Source: Hypanus sabinus (taxonomy: Eukaryota). From it: DNA of 64,000 bases. This document shows positions 61,372 through 64,000 of the stretch, piece by piece. The stretch is from contig NC_082706.1 in assembly GCF_030144855.1 (NCBI RefSeq), forward strand, positions 106,516,001 to 106,580,000, written 5' to 3'. Made by a program: the position numbers and the translations under genes. Position 1 is the stretch's first letter. Each line of letters begins with the position of its first letter. The notes beneath the pieces are model-generated. The model saw only the letters and a list, made by a program, of their open reading frames with translations. It was not told where the DNA came from and did not search any database.

Positions 61372-64000
61372 TGAGGAAAAGGGAGTAAGTGAGCGAATAA
61401 AGGATAACAATGAAGTAATATAAAATCCACATTATAATAAGTATTTCTCGAGATAGGTATACCACCATGTACTTTTGCTTCCAGTTAGCTTCTCAGCATT
61501 TTTAAAGTGAGCCAAACCTTATGGATCTTCTAAAGGGGGTGAGGACTGTCTTTGGGAAACTCCCAGTCTCTTCCTGATATATTTCTCTTGGCCTCCTCCC
61601 GTCTCCTGCCTTCTCGATTCTCACACTATTTCCCAAACAGAGCGGGATAATTCCTCAGCCAGGCTTTCCCTCATTTTGGTCATGCTGACAGGCAATCCTC
61701 TGGCCTTCATGTCTGTAGTCGCCTCTTCCACTGTCTGGTACAACCATGTCCCATTGTCATAAAACACCTGAAGTTTAGCAGGGTTTTGATACGAGCACAT
61801 GGTGGGCACTTTGGACTTCCAGCTCCATAGCCGGGGGAAGATCCAACATGTCCCGCAGTAACTTTGAACACGATCTTCCACCTTCTCAATGTAAGTCTCT
61901 GCCAAGGATATTTTTTGATTAACACTGGCGAGCTCTGACTTAATATCACAGAGCTGCTGCTCTATTTCTTTCCGGAATTCCCTCATCTCTTTCAGGATTT
62001 TGAACATATTCACCACTTCGCCTGAACGAGGCCCAGTGTCTGCCTTGCTAGCATGCGGTCAGGTAGGGGAGCCGCTCGCTGCACTCCTCTTGGACACAGG
62101 CTCTGCAGTGTTGCTTTTTTTAATTTCCATTCCTTTTCCCCATTCTTTCCCCTCTTTTCCGATCAAATAGTTATTGAAAAATATTATATTTGATGTGTTA
62201 ACAGGGCTTAATATGTGTTTTCCAGAGGCTAGTGACTTAAGCAGCCATTCTCGATGATGACATCACTGGAAAAAAAAACCAGACATGTGATTCTGTGAAC
62301 GCTGGAAAGAAATTCAGATGGTAGGTTGCATCCCAGGTGCCAGGGTCCGGGATGTTTTGGATCGCGTCCAAGATATCTTGCAGTGGGAGGGAGAACAGCC
62401 AAAGGTTGTGATACATCTTGGTACCAATGACATTGGTAGGAAAAGTGAAGACGTCTTGAGGAAAGACTACAGGGAGTCAGGCAGGTAGTTGAGAAGCAGG
62501 ACCACAAAGGTAGTAATATCAGGATTACTGCCTGTACCACACAACGTTGAGAATAGGAATAGGATGAGGTGGAAGATAAATGCATGGCTGAGGGATTGGA
62601 GCAGGGGGCAGGGATTCAGAATTCTGGATCATTAGAACTTCTTTTGGGGCAGGTGTGACCTGTACAAAAAGGACAGGTTGCACTTGAATCCCAGGGGAAC
62701 CAATGTCCAGGTGGGGAGTTTTCCTAAGGCTACTGGGGAGAGTTTAAACTAGAGTTGTTGGGAGTGGGAGCTGAACTGAAGAGACTGGGGAAGAAGAGGT
62801 TAGCTCACAGATAGAGAAAACTTGGAGACAATGTGAGAGGGAGGTTAGGCAGGTGATAGAGAAGGGATGCACTCTGACTGAAGGTTTGAGATGTGTCTAT
62901 TTTAACACATAGTATTGTGAACAAAGCAGATGAGTGTGGAGCATGCATCTGTACTTGGAGATATGTGGGGTGGCATAGCACTGTTGATCAGAGATGGTGT
63001 CACAGCTGCAGAAAAGGTGGACACCATGGAGGGATTGTCTACACAGTATCTTGTGGGTGGAGGTAAGGAACAGGAAGGGGACAATAACTTTACTGGGTGT
63101 TTTTTATAAGCTGCTCAATCGTAACAGGGATATCAAGGAGCAGATAGGAAAACAGATCTTGGAAAGGTGTAATAATAACAGGGTTGTCATGATGGGAGAT
63201 TTTAATTTCCCTAGAGCAAGGGGTTTAGATGGGGTGGAGTTTGTTCGGTGTGTTCAGGAAGGTTTCTTGACACAATAGGTAGACAAGCCTACAAGAGGAG
63301 AGACTGTATGTGATTTGGTATTAAGAAATGAACCTGGTCAGGTATCAGATCTCTCAGTGGGAGAGAATTTTGAAGATAGTGATCATAATTTTGTCTCCTT
63401 TACAATAGCTTGGAGAGAGATAGGAACAGACAAGTTAAAAAAAGAGTTTAATTGGAGTAAGAGGAATTATCAGGGTATCGGGTAGGAAATTGGAAGCTTA
63501 AATTGGAAACAAATGTTGTCAGGGAAATGTATGGAAGAAATGTGGCAAATGTTCAGGGGATATTTGTGTGCAGTTCTGCATAGGTACATTCTAATCAGAC
63601 AGGGAATTTATGGTAGGGTACAGGAAGCATGGTGTACAAAGGCTGTAATAAATCGAGTCAAGAAGAAAAGAAAAATTTTCAAAAGGTTCAGAGAGCTAGG
63701 TAATGTTAGAAATCTAGAAGATTAAAAGGCTAATAGGAAGGAGTTTAAGAAGGAAATTAGGAGATCCAGAAGGGGCCATGAGAAGGCCTTGGCAAGCAGG
63801 ATTAAAGAAAACCCCAAGGCATTCTACAAGTATGTGAATTGCAAGAAGATAAGACTTGAAAGAATAGAAACTATCAAGTGTAACAGTTGGAAAGTGTGTG
63901 TGGAACTGGAGGAAATAGCAGAGGTACTTAATGGATACTTTACTTCAGTATTCACAATGGACTAGGATCTTGGTGATTGTAGTGATGACTTTCAGCAGAC

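Larger units (their letters stand above)
56799..62279 (-). mobile_element. Apparently full-length but decayed L1-clade LINE
   Basis: 15-bp TSD cagacatgt(a/g)attct (56784-56798, 62280-62294); poly(A)-like T-rich end at 56798-56822; ORF1 remnant ~62140-61620; ORF2 starts MAKDKVKLISFNVNGL (60944) and continues through frameshifted EN, RT and C-terminal domains. Confidence 0.9.
56310..64000 (+). mobile_element. CR1 (paralog of 14430-18338), interrupted by an L1 at 56799-62279 and running off the window
   Basis: ORF1 start and VVIGDSRVRG before the L1; esterase remainder and ORF2 EN (LWVEVRNRKG) after it; colinear with 14430-16550. Confidence 0.85.

Noticed and set aside
60926-61468. ORFs containing X runs
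   Set aside because: Artefacts of translating across the N gap.
1-64000. CRISPR arrays, operons, rRNA or true tRNA genes
   Set aside because: None seen; the only tRNA-like sequence is the SINE head at ~40071-40005.

Overview
Vertebrate genomic DNA, most likely cartilaginous fish (inferred from the CR1/L1/Gypsy/V-SINE repeat content and the V-gene type). The window covers part of a tandemly duplicated T-cell-receptor V-segment array. It holds three open, gamma-type V segments (leader exon, 84-nt intron, V exon ending YYCAYWD, 23-bp-spacer RSS) at about 20.8, 31.5 and 46.1 kb, all on the + strand. The first ~590 bp are the 3' flank of a fourth V lying just outside the window. I found no D, J or C segments. 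Nearly everything else is retroelement-derived, and the duplicated units differ by unit-specific insertions whose empty sites can be read in the sister units. The most striking observation is a non-autonomous Gypsy LTR element (23334-27694, minus strand) that carries a spliced-looking, fragmented piece of myosin heavy chain rod sequence, in frame between its RNase H remnant and its integrase-tail remnant. Also notable: an L1 with a twin-priming 5' inversion, V exons that diverge about 10-fold more than their own intron, ambiguous RSS heptamers, and a Tf1-like self-priming site in a chromovirus. All alignments and counts were made by eye, and protein family assignments come from recalled motifs, not database searches.
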